Sequence record: LR535910.1
Reading direction: 5' to 3' (one strand)
DNA length: 64,000 nt
Made by a program: the position numbers and the translations under genes. Positions 56,406 to 64,000 of the stretch are shown here, piece by piece (positions within the stretch are counted from its first letter, which is position 1; every line of letters begins with the position of its first letter). The notes under the pieces were generated by a model, which was given only the letters and a program-made list of their open reading frames with translations, searched no databases and was not told the DNA's origin.

Positions 56406-57026
56406 ATGAGTCGTCGCAAAAAGAAACCCGCTTATAACCCACGTAAAGACGCACGCGATTTCGTCAAAGCGATGATGCAGTCTGTGTTGAAAAAACAAGC
56501 TGTGTTTATCGAAAGTACCGAATTCCTGTCGGGCAAAATTGATCGGGAGCGTGAAGTAACTGAAGCCATTGCGCACGAAGAGCTGAAAGCTTTCACGTTG
56601 AAAGCGCTGGATGAAGCACAAGCAGCATTCCTCGGCATGTGCCAACAAGGCAAAGAGCTGTTCGGTAAACTGATTGTTGAGGCAGATGCTAAGGCTGTGC
56701 CGGTGTTTGACATGCTGAACGATAGCAGCAAAACCTGGAAAGAGGTTAAAGACCAGTTCCATGTCGATCACACCGAGCTGTCTTTGATTGACCAGCGGGC
56801 GAATATGCTCGCGATGGATATCCAGGGCACCAGTATCGAAATCTTCTCTACGTATAACGCGAAAGTGAAGTTCGTGAAGCAGGCGCTGAATAACGGGCAT
56901 ACCGTGGAACAAGCCGAAGTTCTGTTGGCCGAAGCTCTGGCTAATAATTCGAAAGAACTCCCTAAAAACGCCATCGTCGATCACAACGACGTTGTAGTAG
57001 AAACCGAGGAAGCGGCACATGTCTGA
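56406..57026 (+). CDS. Hypothetical coiled-coil protein with a basic N-terminus
   Basis: AAGGA SD; starts MSRRKKKPAYNPRK. Confidence 0.75.
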   Translation: MSRRKKKPAYNPRKDARDFVKAMMQSVLKKQAVFIESTEFLSGKIDREREVTEAIAHEELKAFTLKALDEAQAAFLGMCQQGKELFGKLIVEADAKAVPVFDMLNDSSKTWKEVKDQFHVDHTELSLIDQRANMLAMDIQGTSIEIFSTYNAKVKFVKQALNNGHTVEQAEVLLAEALANNSKELPKNAIVDHNDVVVETEEAAHV

Positions 57027-58986
57027 GATCCAAGATCAGCGTCCGGGTAATGCCCGTCGCCCTAATCCCGATCAGCCAGCCCCTGTGGCGGCTGCTACCC
57101 AACAAGAGATGATTCTTCCGACCGTGCCTGATGACGCGAATCCGGATGCAATCATCATGGCTATTAAACAAGCCAACCCCGATTTTTCTTTTGCCCGTGC
57201 AGAAGAAGTTTATCACCAGCATTATCATCAGCCGGAGCCTAAGCTCGAGCGTCCGACGTTTGTAGAAGAAGCTTTGCCCGAACCGGCACCGGTACAGCCT
57301 GTAGCCCAGACCTTCTCTGAACAGGTGCACGAGCATATTCATCACACCCCAGAACCGGTGGTAGAGAAAGCGCCTGCGGTAGAACCTGCTCCGCAGCCAA
57401 AAGCTCCGGAAGCGGTTGCACCGGCACAGCCGGCTGTAAAAGAAATGGAAGACGCAGCACCGAAGGTTCCGGAACAACAACAGGTCCGTGAGATTGACTT
57501 CGGTAATACCCATTTAGCTGAAACCGCCGAAATGGGTGAAGATGAAGCTGATCGTATCCTGACACAGTCGAAGATGTTGATTGGTCTGAAACAAGACCCT
57601 AACATCATTGCAGACTCCCTGCAAAAGTTCCTCGGTAATATTAAACGTTCACCGAAAGACGGTCGGCTGCTGTTCGAAAGTCCTGAACAACAACAGGTCT
57701 ACGACGACATCTATCGTGCTTTGAACATGACACCGCCACGTCTACAGGACGGCGTACCGGCATTCGCTGGTGCACTGGACCGTGGTGACACCGCTTGGGA
57801 ACAGCGTGTGATGTTGCCGGACGGTAAGGCATCTGGTGCTATTGCACCGCGTGACAATATGCACACTGGCGCGCTGGCTGCTTTGCGTCGTGTACGTAAG
57901 TCGGGTATTCCGAACATGGTTTGGCTGCCGGCCACAGGTATCTACGTGGGCTTCCGCGCACCACATGAACGCGACCTTTGTGACTTCGACATGCGTCTAA
58001 CACTGGAAACTGCGACCATCGGTATGCAGACCTACGGATTGATGCTGTCGTCGTCTTCTGGCGTGTACATGCGTCACATGGTTGAATTCGCACTTCAGTT
58101 TGTTACCGAAGCAACCATCGATTGCGCGGGTAACGATCTGCGTACGGTGCTGTTGGATACCATTGATCTGGCTGACTACTGGCTGGTTATTCTGGGTCCG
58201 TTGCAGGCGAAGTGGCCGTCTGGTATTCCATGGACGCTGATGTGTGGCGAAGACGGTTGCACTCAGCAGGAAGATGTGAAGCTGAATATCGCACGTTGTA
58301 TCCGTTTCGGTTCCGGTCTGTTTAGCGACCTGCAGAAACAACTGTGGGCACGTCAGCGCGGTACTGAGCGTCCAGTGATTTCTATTGCTGAACAGCGCGA
58401 ATATATCGCGGCGCATCAGGTCGACCCATCCTCGGTATTTGAATACCACGACGTGCGTGTTGAATTTGGCCGTTCTACCCTGGGTAGCTTCTTTGACTCC
58501 ACCGAGAAGTGGATTGAAGACGTTAACGCGTCAACTACGGCAGCGCTGTCTGAATTTGCTACCGAGCGTGAACGTGAATCCCATATGCGTTTAACTGCGG
58601 AAGCCCGTCGCTTAACGCGCTACGCTCACATGGTGAAATCTATCACTGTTAATGAGCAACGTGAAGTAAACGGTGAAATGCAGGTTATCCCACAAACTGA
58701 AACCGACACAGCGAAAATCGTTGAGATGCTGGAAGAGCTGTCTTCCGACCGTATCTACGTTGGTCAGTTTGAAAACGCGATTGCTGAATACAACGAACGT
58801 ACACGTTTAGCGGTATTCGGTTACATGGGTAAACGCTGCCCGGCGTGCGGTAAAACACACGGCGAGAAAGACGGTCTGTATCGCGGTATTGTTACCATCT
58901 CACCGGACAGGGTTTTTTTCGTGCTCTCTCGAGTGGTGTCCGAGATTCAGAAATTCTTGCTGGATCAATACGCCGATATTGGCTAG
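57019..58986 (+). CDS. Candidate tail/baseplate-hub assembly chaperone (gpG / T4 gp26-like), 655 aa
   Basis: Pro/Glu-rich N-terminal region; C-GEDG-C and CPACG Zn-knuckle motifs; slippery site near the 3' end. Confidence 0.55.
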   Translation: MSEIQDQRPGNARRPNPDQPAPVAAATQQEMILPTVPDDANPDAIIMAIKQANPDFSFARAEEVYHQHYHQPEPKLERPTFVEEALPEPAPVQPVAQTFSEQVHEHIHHTPEPVVEKAPAVEPAPQPKAPEAVAPAQPAVKEMEDAAPKVPEQQQVREIDFGNTHLAETAEMGEDEADRILTQSKMLIGLKQDPNIIADSLQKFLGNIKRSPKDGRLLFESPEQQQVYDDIYRALNMTPPRLQDGVPAFAGALDRGDTAWEQRVMLPDGKASGAIAPRDNMHTGALAALRRVRKSGIPNMVWLPATGIYVGFRAPHERDLCDFDMRLTLETATIGMQTYGLMLSSSSGVYMRHMVEFALQFVTEATIDCAGNDLRTVLLDTIDLADYWLVILGPLQAKWPSGIPWTLMCGEDGCTQQEDVKLNIARCIRFGSGLFSDLQKQLWARQRGTERPVISIAEQREYIAAHQVDPSSVFEYHDVRVEFGRSTLGSFFDSTEKWIEDVNASTTAALSEFATERERESHMRLTAEARRLTRYAHMVKSITVNEQREVNGEMQVIPQTETDTAKIVEMLEELSSDRIYVGQFENAIAEYNERTRLAVFGYMGKRCPACGKTHGEKDGLYRGIVTISPDRVFFVLSRVVSEIQKFLLDQYADIG

Positions 58987-59402
58987 ACCAGGAAGACGTT
59001 CCGTCCGAGCAAATCATTACAACGCTCAAGATGGATACCACCTCTCTCTTCAAGCAGCGTAGCACACGTCCTATTACGTATCAGGAAGCCCATAACGAGC
59101 TTCTGGAAGCGTATGACCGTACACTGGCTCTTAATACCGGCGACCATCAGGTAGGGTTGTCGGATTTTGAAAACCCGGTATACGGTAGTCTTTACGATAT
59201 CTGGTACGCCACTTACTTACGTGAAGAGGTCGGTGAAAACTACCGGATGTCGATAGACGAGTTCCTCGACCGTCCCCGCTGGCAGATACTGCTGATGCTC
59301 GACAATATCCGTCGTCGCAAAGCAATTATCGCCAAAGCCGGCGAACAGGTGGCAGGTGAACGTGCGCTAAAGGAGCTGGAGAAAGATCTGACGGGACATT
59401 AA
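58917..59402 (+). CDS. -1 frame extension (gpGT-like); includes the 59031-59402 ORF
   Basis: The -1 frame is open from 58854 to the stop at 59400-59402; ATG 59031 has no SD; SIDEFLDRPRWQILLML resembles chaperone T-segments. Confidence 0.6.
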   Translation, partial: FRALSSGVRDSEILAGSIRRYWLDQEDVPSEQIITTLKMDTTSLFKQRSTRPITYQEAHNELLEAYDRTLALNTGDHQVGLSDFENPVYGSLYDIWYATYLREEVGENYRMSIDEFLDRPRWQILLMLDNIRRRKAIIAKAGEQVAGERALKELEKDLTGH

Positions 59403-59410
59403 TAGAAATT

Positions 59411-59440
59411 CGGGGCTTCGGCCCCGTTTTCTTTTTTTAT
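59411..59440 (+). terminator. Intrinsic terminator
   Basis: CGGGGC-TTCG-GCCCCG followed by a T-tract. Confidence 0.85.
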
Positions 59441-59481
59441 TCGCCTTGGTATGAATGCCCTTTTCACTATGGAACAGAGCC

Positions 59482-60339
59482 ATGATTGATATTTATACCG
59501 ACTATGCGGCTGTATTGACAGTCAACCGTCACGAAGGTCGTGCAGCACCGATGCTAGATTTAGTGACGCTCGGTATGGATTACGGTTACGATGTGGCGTT
59601 ATCCGATGTTTATAGCAACCCGTTGTCTGACCCTGCGGACGAAACTGTTCGTCTGGAATCCATTATCGTGAAGGTAGCGGTTGGGTTAGGCAACCGCCTC
59701 GGTATCGGACTTAATCCACAAATCGTCTTCCAGAAACCGAAAGAAACCGTACGTATCCTTCACGGTGTGTTGGAAGCCTTCGAAGAGTTCGAAGACAGTG
59801 ATGCCCTTTACGGGATTGTCTCCTCTGGTGAGACACCAGAGTATATCCTGGAGAACATGTGTCGTTATGTTTACGGTGACGAAAACCTGCACTTCGAAGA
59901 CCTGATTACTGTTGTCAGCCCACGCGTGCTTACCGTGATGGAAAACTTCTTAGCGGCAGAGTCGTTGGAAAGCCAGAAAAGAAATGGCGATGATGAGCGC
60001 CAAGAGCGTATCGTCACTTACTTGCGGTTGTTCCCTGAGAACCCGTCAGCGTTTGTCTTTATGAATCTGCCTGCTGAACCAGACTTAACAGTGGTGCAAC
60101 AATCGTTAGAATTTCGCGTAGAAGACATTAGCGAAATTGATTTGCTGACGATGTATGCGGTAGGTTTATCGATTATTCCTCATGCGGAGTTTGACGGGGC
60201 TTACGGTGACTTAGAAAAGAACCTTGCCTTGTTGAACGTCGACAACGTCCCGCCTGGAGAAATCTTGCGGAAAGGATTGGAAGCGTTGAAAGTCATATAC
60301 GCTAGTGGGGACGCGGAGGTAGATGATGAACAAGATTGA
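59482..60339 (+). CDS. Virion/head protein (phiKZ gp79-like)
   Basis: 285 aa; GTATG at 59449-59453 upstream; precedes vRNAP beta'-C. Confidence 0.65.
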   Translation: MIDIYTDYAAVLTVNRHEGRAAPMLDLVTLGMDYGYDVALSDVYSNPLSDPADETVRLESIIVKVAVGLGNRLGIGLNPQIVFQKPKETVRILHGVLEAFEEFEDSDALYGIVSSGETPEYILENMCRYVYGDENLHFEDLITVVSPRVLTVMENFLAAESLESQKRNGDDERQERIVTYLRLFPENPSAFVFMNLPAEPDLTVVQQSLEFRVEDISEIDLLTMYAVGLSIIPHAEFDGAYGDLEKNLALLNVDNVPPGEILRKGLEALKVIYASGDAEVDDEQD

Positions 60340-61621
60340 TTATCTGGTTGCTGCGTGTAAAGCAGAAGCTTGGCGTAGACTGGTGTGGCGTATTGCGGTT
60401 TTCAACGTGGCCATCTTTAATGAAAAAGGTGAGCCACCTGAGCAATACGACCTGAACTACATTGACGGCTTACCCCACTACTGGGAAAACGAAGAAACCA
60501 AGTGGGTGCCGATTGAAGGGTGCAAAAAAGATGAAGAGCTGTTCGTGCCGGAAGAGCAGTTTGAATTGCGTCCTGAGATGTACCCAGGTTTAGCTGGTCC
60601 CATTCCAACTACTGTGGGTCGCTATGTCTTTAACTGGATTGCTATCTACTATGCTTTCGGTACCCGTCTCCCGTATCTGGCAGAGTCTCGTGACCCGCTA
60701 GCCTACCGTAAAGAGATGTATGAGCGTTGTGTGGAATATGATGACACCGATCCAGACAACGAAGACGCGATTCGACCGTACATGATAGGACGCTTTGTAG
60801 GGGGTCTACACGAGCTTGCTCCGTTGTGTCGTGGGATTGCCCCAACAGGAACTATTAGAAGCCTTACAACGCATCCTGACGCGTATAAGGTACGAGATGC
60901 GTTGCTGTTGAAGCACAAAGACGAACTGGATAACCCTGCGGTTATCGTTATGATTGAAAAAGCTCTCGACGAACTTGATAAAGAGTGGTTGAGTGGCGAC
61001 CAGTCCGTTGAGTTCTACAGCTCTCCTAAAGCGCGTATGCGTCGCCGTAAGCTGATGCTGATGTATGGTATTCAGACCGCTTTTAAAGAAGGTGCAGATT
61101 TTACCTTAATCCCAACGAGTCTGATGGAAGTTGATCAGACCGGGATGAAGTATCTGGTAGAGAAATTCAATGATACGCGAGAAGGTTCCTTCATGCGTGG
61201 TGCAGAAACTGCCAAGGGCGGGGAGCAAGTACGTATCATCCAGATGATTTTCCAGAACCACAAAATCGTGCCTGGGGATTGCGGGACAAAACTGACACAT
61301 GCACTTGTAATTAACCAGTATAACTACAAGCGTTATGTTGGCATGAACGCGATGATTAACGGTAAAGTTACCCAACTTACTGAAGAGTATTTGAAAACGC
61401 AATTTGGTAAAGTTGTTCGACTCCGCCGACCCATCTTATGTCAGCAAGGTCACGTAGACTGTTGTGCGGCGTGCGCCTCTGCACACAAAGCAGAAGAGCC
61501 ACGGGCAATCGCTGCGGATATCTCTTCCGGCTTCTCGAACGTTATGACCACTGCAATGGGTGCGATGCACGGTCGTGAAACCGTGGTTAAAGAGTACATC
61601 CCTAAATTCCACATCACCTAA
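60323..61621 (+). CDS. Virion RNA polymerase beta' C-terminal subunit (phiKZ gp80-like)
   Basis: REGSFMRGAETAKGG (bridge-helix-like), PGDCGT, RRPILC, CCAAC, AMHG. Confidence 0.85.
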   Translation: MMNKIDYLVAACKAEAWRRLVWRIAVFNVAIFNEKGEPPEQYDLNYIDGLPHYWENEETKWVPIEGCKKDEELFVPEEQFELRPEMYPGLAGPIPTTVGRYVFNWIAIYYAFGTRLPYLAESRDPLAYRKEMYERCVEYDDTDPDNEDAIRPYMIGRFVGGLHELAPLCRGIAPTGTIRSLTTHPDAYKVRDALLLKHKDELDNPAVIVMIEKALDELDKEWLSGDQSVEFYSSPKARMRRRKLMLMYGIQTAFKEGADFTLIPTSLMEVDQTGMKYLVEKFNDTREGSFMRGAETAKGGEQVRIIQMIFQNHKIVPGDCGTKLTHALVINQYNYKRYVGMNAMINGKVTQLTEEYLKTQFGKVVRLRRPILCQQGHVDCCAACASAHKAEEPRAIAADISSGFSNVMTTAMGAMHGRETVVKEYIPKFHIT

Positions 61622-61634
61622 GGATTGTTTCCTC

Positions 61635-62135
61635 ATGACTAAGAAAGACACTACTACCCTTGACCCGCGTACAGAAGGCGTGGTCCGTGATAGCGCTTCT
61701 TACAGCAACGACGACCAATATCGTGTTAAACTGATCACCACGATGCTCGATGAAGCAGGTAACAATGCCGGCCCACGTAAAGCATCTGGTACCCAGGCTG
61801 AGAAAGATGCGTATAATAAGCTGCATCACTCTTTCCGTGAGCTGTTTAAACTGCGCGGTCAGGCCTTCCTGGATGGTTTCTACGCCTTCGTAGAAGCGGC
61901 TAATAAGCACCGTAACGGTATTTTCTACGCACCGGCTGCTAATAACCGTATCAGTGAGAACTTCCCGAATCGTGACGAGCGTGAAGTCTTCGTTATCTTT
62001 ATTAACATGCTGATTCGTTACGCACGTTGCGCCGATAAAGGCCGTTTCCGTGATACCAACGATGTTGACCGTCTGGCTCGTCGCCTGAACGACCCGGACC
62101 TGCGTTCGCTGGTTATGCACGCCTTTGGCGGTTAA
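61635..62135 (+). CDS. Conserved hypothetical protein
   Basis: 166 aa; AAGGA SD; high-expression codons. Confidence 0.75.
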   Translation: MTKKDTTTLDPRTEGVVRDSASYSNDDQYRVKLITTMLDEAGNNAGPRKASGTQAEKDAYNKLHHSFRELFKLRGQAFLDGFYAFVEAANKHRNGIFYAPAANNRISENFPNRDEREVFVIFINMLIRYARCADKGRFRDTNDVDRLARRLNDPDLRSLVMHAFGG

Positions 62136-62186
62136 ATAAAAGTACCTCTCTACCCTAGGGTAGAGAGGCCTTTCTTTTTTTGTTTT
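62136..62186. terminator. Bidirectional terminator
   Basis: CCTCTCTACC-CTAG-GGTAGAGAGG flanked by A/T tracts. Confidence 0.8.
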
Positions 62187-62790
62187 AGAACCCGCAGATG
62201 TACTCCATAGGCTCTGTCACTACTTCCCCTTGCTTACGTAAGAACGTAGACAGGACAGTGTCTTTGTCCGGTAAGCAGAAGAAGTCTGTCGCTATTTCCA
62301 TGGCATTAACTCGCCCAGCAGTTAAGTTGACGCCCGTGCGACGTCGAATCTCTTCACTAACCCCATTGATGGACAGTAGTTCGATGAGTGTGGTCTCACG
62401 AGACTGGTTCATCATGTTTGTGGCCGAAGGGTAGGCCTGGGTTAAGTCCGCATCCGCAGTTTGTCCACGGAACGCAGAGTAATATTCGTCAATCTCCTCC
62501 AGAATGTTATTCAGACCGTTCTCAGCATTCATACATGCTGTCAGGGTAACAATCCAACCGTCTGTACCGATAACCTCTTCATCGTAATCGTTACGCATTG
62601 CAGACCCTACGGAACCGATGACGTATCCTTTGTCATACAGATAGTAGGTAAAGGCCACACAGATACGTTTTGGTAGCGACGGGAAGATATCGTACATCGA
62701 GAAACCTGCCAGAATGGATATTGCCGAAGACAAGTCGTTCGTCTTCTTATCCAGCAACACGATTAACAAGTTATCCATCATGTTGTATAC
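62185..62790 (-). CDS. C-terminal fragment of the second DNA polymerase subunit (exonuclease + motif A; phiKZ gp82-like), cut by the assembly junction
   Basis: TADADLTQAYPS is family-B motif A (DxxSLYPS); its 5' part is replaced by adapter sequence. Confidence 0.75.
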   Translation of the reverse strand, partial: VYNMMDNLLIVLLDKKTNDLSSAISILAGFSMYDIFPSLPKRICVAFTYYLYDKGYVIGSVGSAMRNDYDEEVIGTDGWIVTLTACMNAENGLNNILEEIDEYYSAFRGQTADADLTQAYPSATNMMNQSRETTLIELLSINGVSEEIRRRTGVNLTAGRVNAMEIATDFFCLPDKDTVLSTFLRKQGEVVTEPMEYICGF

Positions 62791-62865
62791 CTGTTCTCTT
62801 ATACACATCTCCGAGCCCACGAGACTAAGGCGAATATCGTATGCCGTCTTCTGCTTGAAAAAAAA
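62791..62865 (+). other. Illumina Nextera adapter read-through (artefact)
   Basis: CTGT(T)CTCTTATACACATCT-CCGAGCCCACGAGAC-TAAGGCGA (N701 index)-AT(A)TCGTATGCCGTCTTCTGCTTG-AAAAAAAA. Confidence 0.98.
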
Positions 62866-64000
62866 TATGAAGACACAGGTTCTTTCAATAAAATTCTCGA
62901 CTCATTCGGAATCGGAGGGTCAGCTGGATCAGAAGACTTTGCTACAGCAGCAGCCATTGCTGACAAAGACCTAGCCGGTGTTTTCACTTCAATACCGTAT
63001 GATTCCAAATTACCGGTAAGAATAATCATGGTAACACGGGATGCACGGCCTTTTGTTTGTTGATACCACAATGAATCACGACCAGCTTTATATGCTTTTT
63101 CCCAATCTCCGGCTAACATAGCAGTTAACATTGTGTTAAATTTAGCTACACCGCCAACACCCATCTGAAATGCCATATTTTCTAATGCCATTTGACGAGA
63201 ACGATTAACCGCTTGCCAAACTGGGCCAACTTTAGAATGTGATTTAATGTCACGTTGCATATCAGCTAAATCACGTTCAAATAAAGTTACCGCTTCTTCC
63301 ATTGTAATAGAACCTGGATTTCCGGTAATTTCACGACCAACTTGTTTTGATAAAACTTTATTAATTTGAGTCATATCACGAACTGGCTGCTTCATGATAA
63401 GATGACCAATGCCAATTGTCGGATATCCTTCAGTATCCCAATAAACTTTTAGTCTTAATCCTTCATCACGGCGAAGCATTTCAGCCATTGACATATTTGG
63501 ATTATCATCAGTTGGAATTTCTGATAGCGGTCTATCATCAGGATTTATCGCAGTATCTAGATTACTATCTTGGATAATATTAGAAGACGAATCATATCCT
63601 ACTTCTCCGCCTTGGTTTAATACGTTAGTATCATTTCCTAGACGTCTAGGATACTGTCCAGTCGGGTCAGAAAATCCTTCGAGTCTATTAGGCTTTTCGC
63701 GAACTATTCCGCCATATGTGCCAAGGACAATTCCGTTAGTTTTCCATTTGTCTAAAAAATGACCATAAACTCTAGTTCCTTCTACCGGACCAGTAACGGA
63801 GCCTCCAATTCCAGACATTGCTGCAGAAGTTATAGGTTGAATAACTGACATCCATGGTAATTTATCAGTTGGAATACCCATTACATCACCTTGTGCTCTT
63901 TGAGGTGGATGCAAACCAACCACACGAACACGAACACGACCTAATTTTAATGGGTCCATTCTATCTTCAACAACACCAACAAACCAATTAAGGTTATTAC
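62866..64000 (-). CDS. gp5: T4-like baseplate hub and tail lysozyme gp5 (partial, contaminant)
   Basis: (S)NNLNWFVGVVEDRMDPLKLGRVRVR OB domain and RRDEGLRLKVYWDTEGYPTIGIGHL T4-lysozyme motif, near-identical to T4 gp5 as recalled; visibly more AT-rich than the rest. Confidence 0.95.

Noticed and set aside
56346-57513. Minus-strand ORFs of 183-224 aa
   Set aside because: Completely overlap better-supported + genes that have SDs.
1-62790. CRISPR arrays, IS elements, introns/inteins, alternative genetic code
   Set aside because: No repeat-spacer periodicity, transposase or homing-endonuclease motifs were seen; core genes are full length in code 11.
62791-62820. MGSEMCIRE N-terminus of the 62185-62820 ORF
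   Set aside because: Translation of the Nextera mosaic end; the real gene continues in missing sequence.
62799-63959. 386-aa gp5 ORF as a horizontally acquired lysozyme of the jumbo phage
   Set aside because: The junction is a sequencing adapter; the C-terminal FFSSRRRHTIFALVSWARRCV is translated adapter; composition differs from the phage.

Overview
Bases 1 to about 62790 come from a nucleus-forming phiKZ-like jumbo phage (Chimalliviridae). The gene order matches what I recall for Salmonella phage SPN3US and related Erwinia phages. In order, the window holds: the end of a virion-RNAP subunit; prohead protease; small accessory genes; tail tube and sheath; three large virion proteins; large terminase; about 1.7 kb of non-coding DNA with an AT-rich, palindrome-packed origin-like tract; a tRNA-Trp and a dense cluster of structured non-coding and tRNA-like elements; hypothetical early genes; and the core replication/nucleus block. 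That block contains a split family-B DNA polymerase, chimallin, four nvRNAP subunits, SbcD, ChmC-like and PicA-like proteins, an SF2 helicase and vRNAP beta'-C. At 62791-62865 an untrimmed Illumina Nextera adapter (index TAAGGCGA) plus poly-A joins this phage to an unrelated T4-like gp5 fragment, so the last 1.2 kb is an assembly chimera. The most interesting candidates are: a -1 programmed frameshift (T TTT TTC at 58914-58920) giving a G/GT-type tail-chaperone pair; a cluster of ornate ncRNAs ending in a tRNA-like element with a collapsed anticodon arm; GLFG-like Gly/Leu tails on two adjacent nucleus-associated proteins; a candidate origin; and a catalytically eroded ATP-ligase-fold protein. 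All homology calls come from motif recognition and recalled synteny, not database searches, so phiKZ/SPN3US gene numbers need checking.
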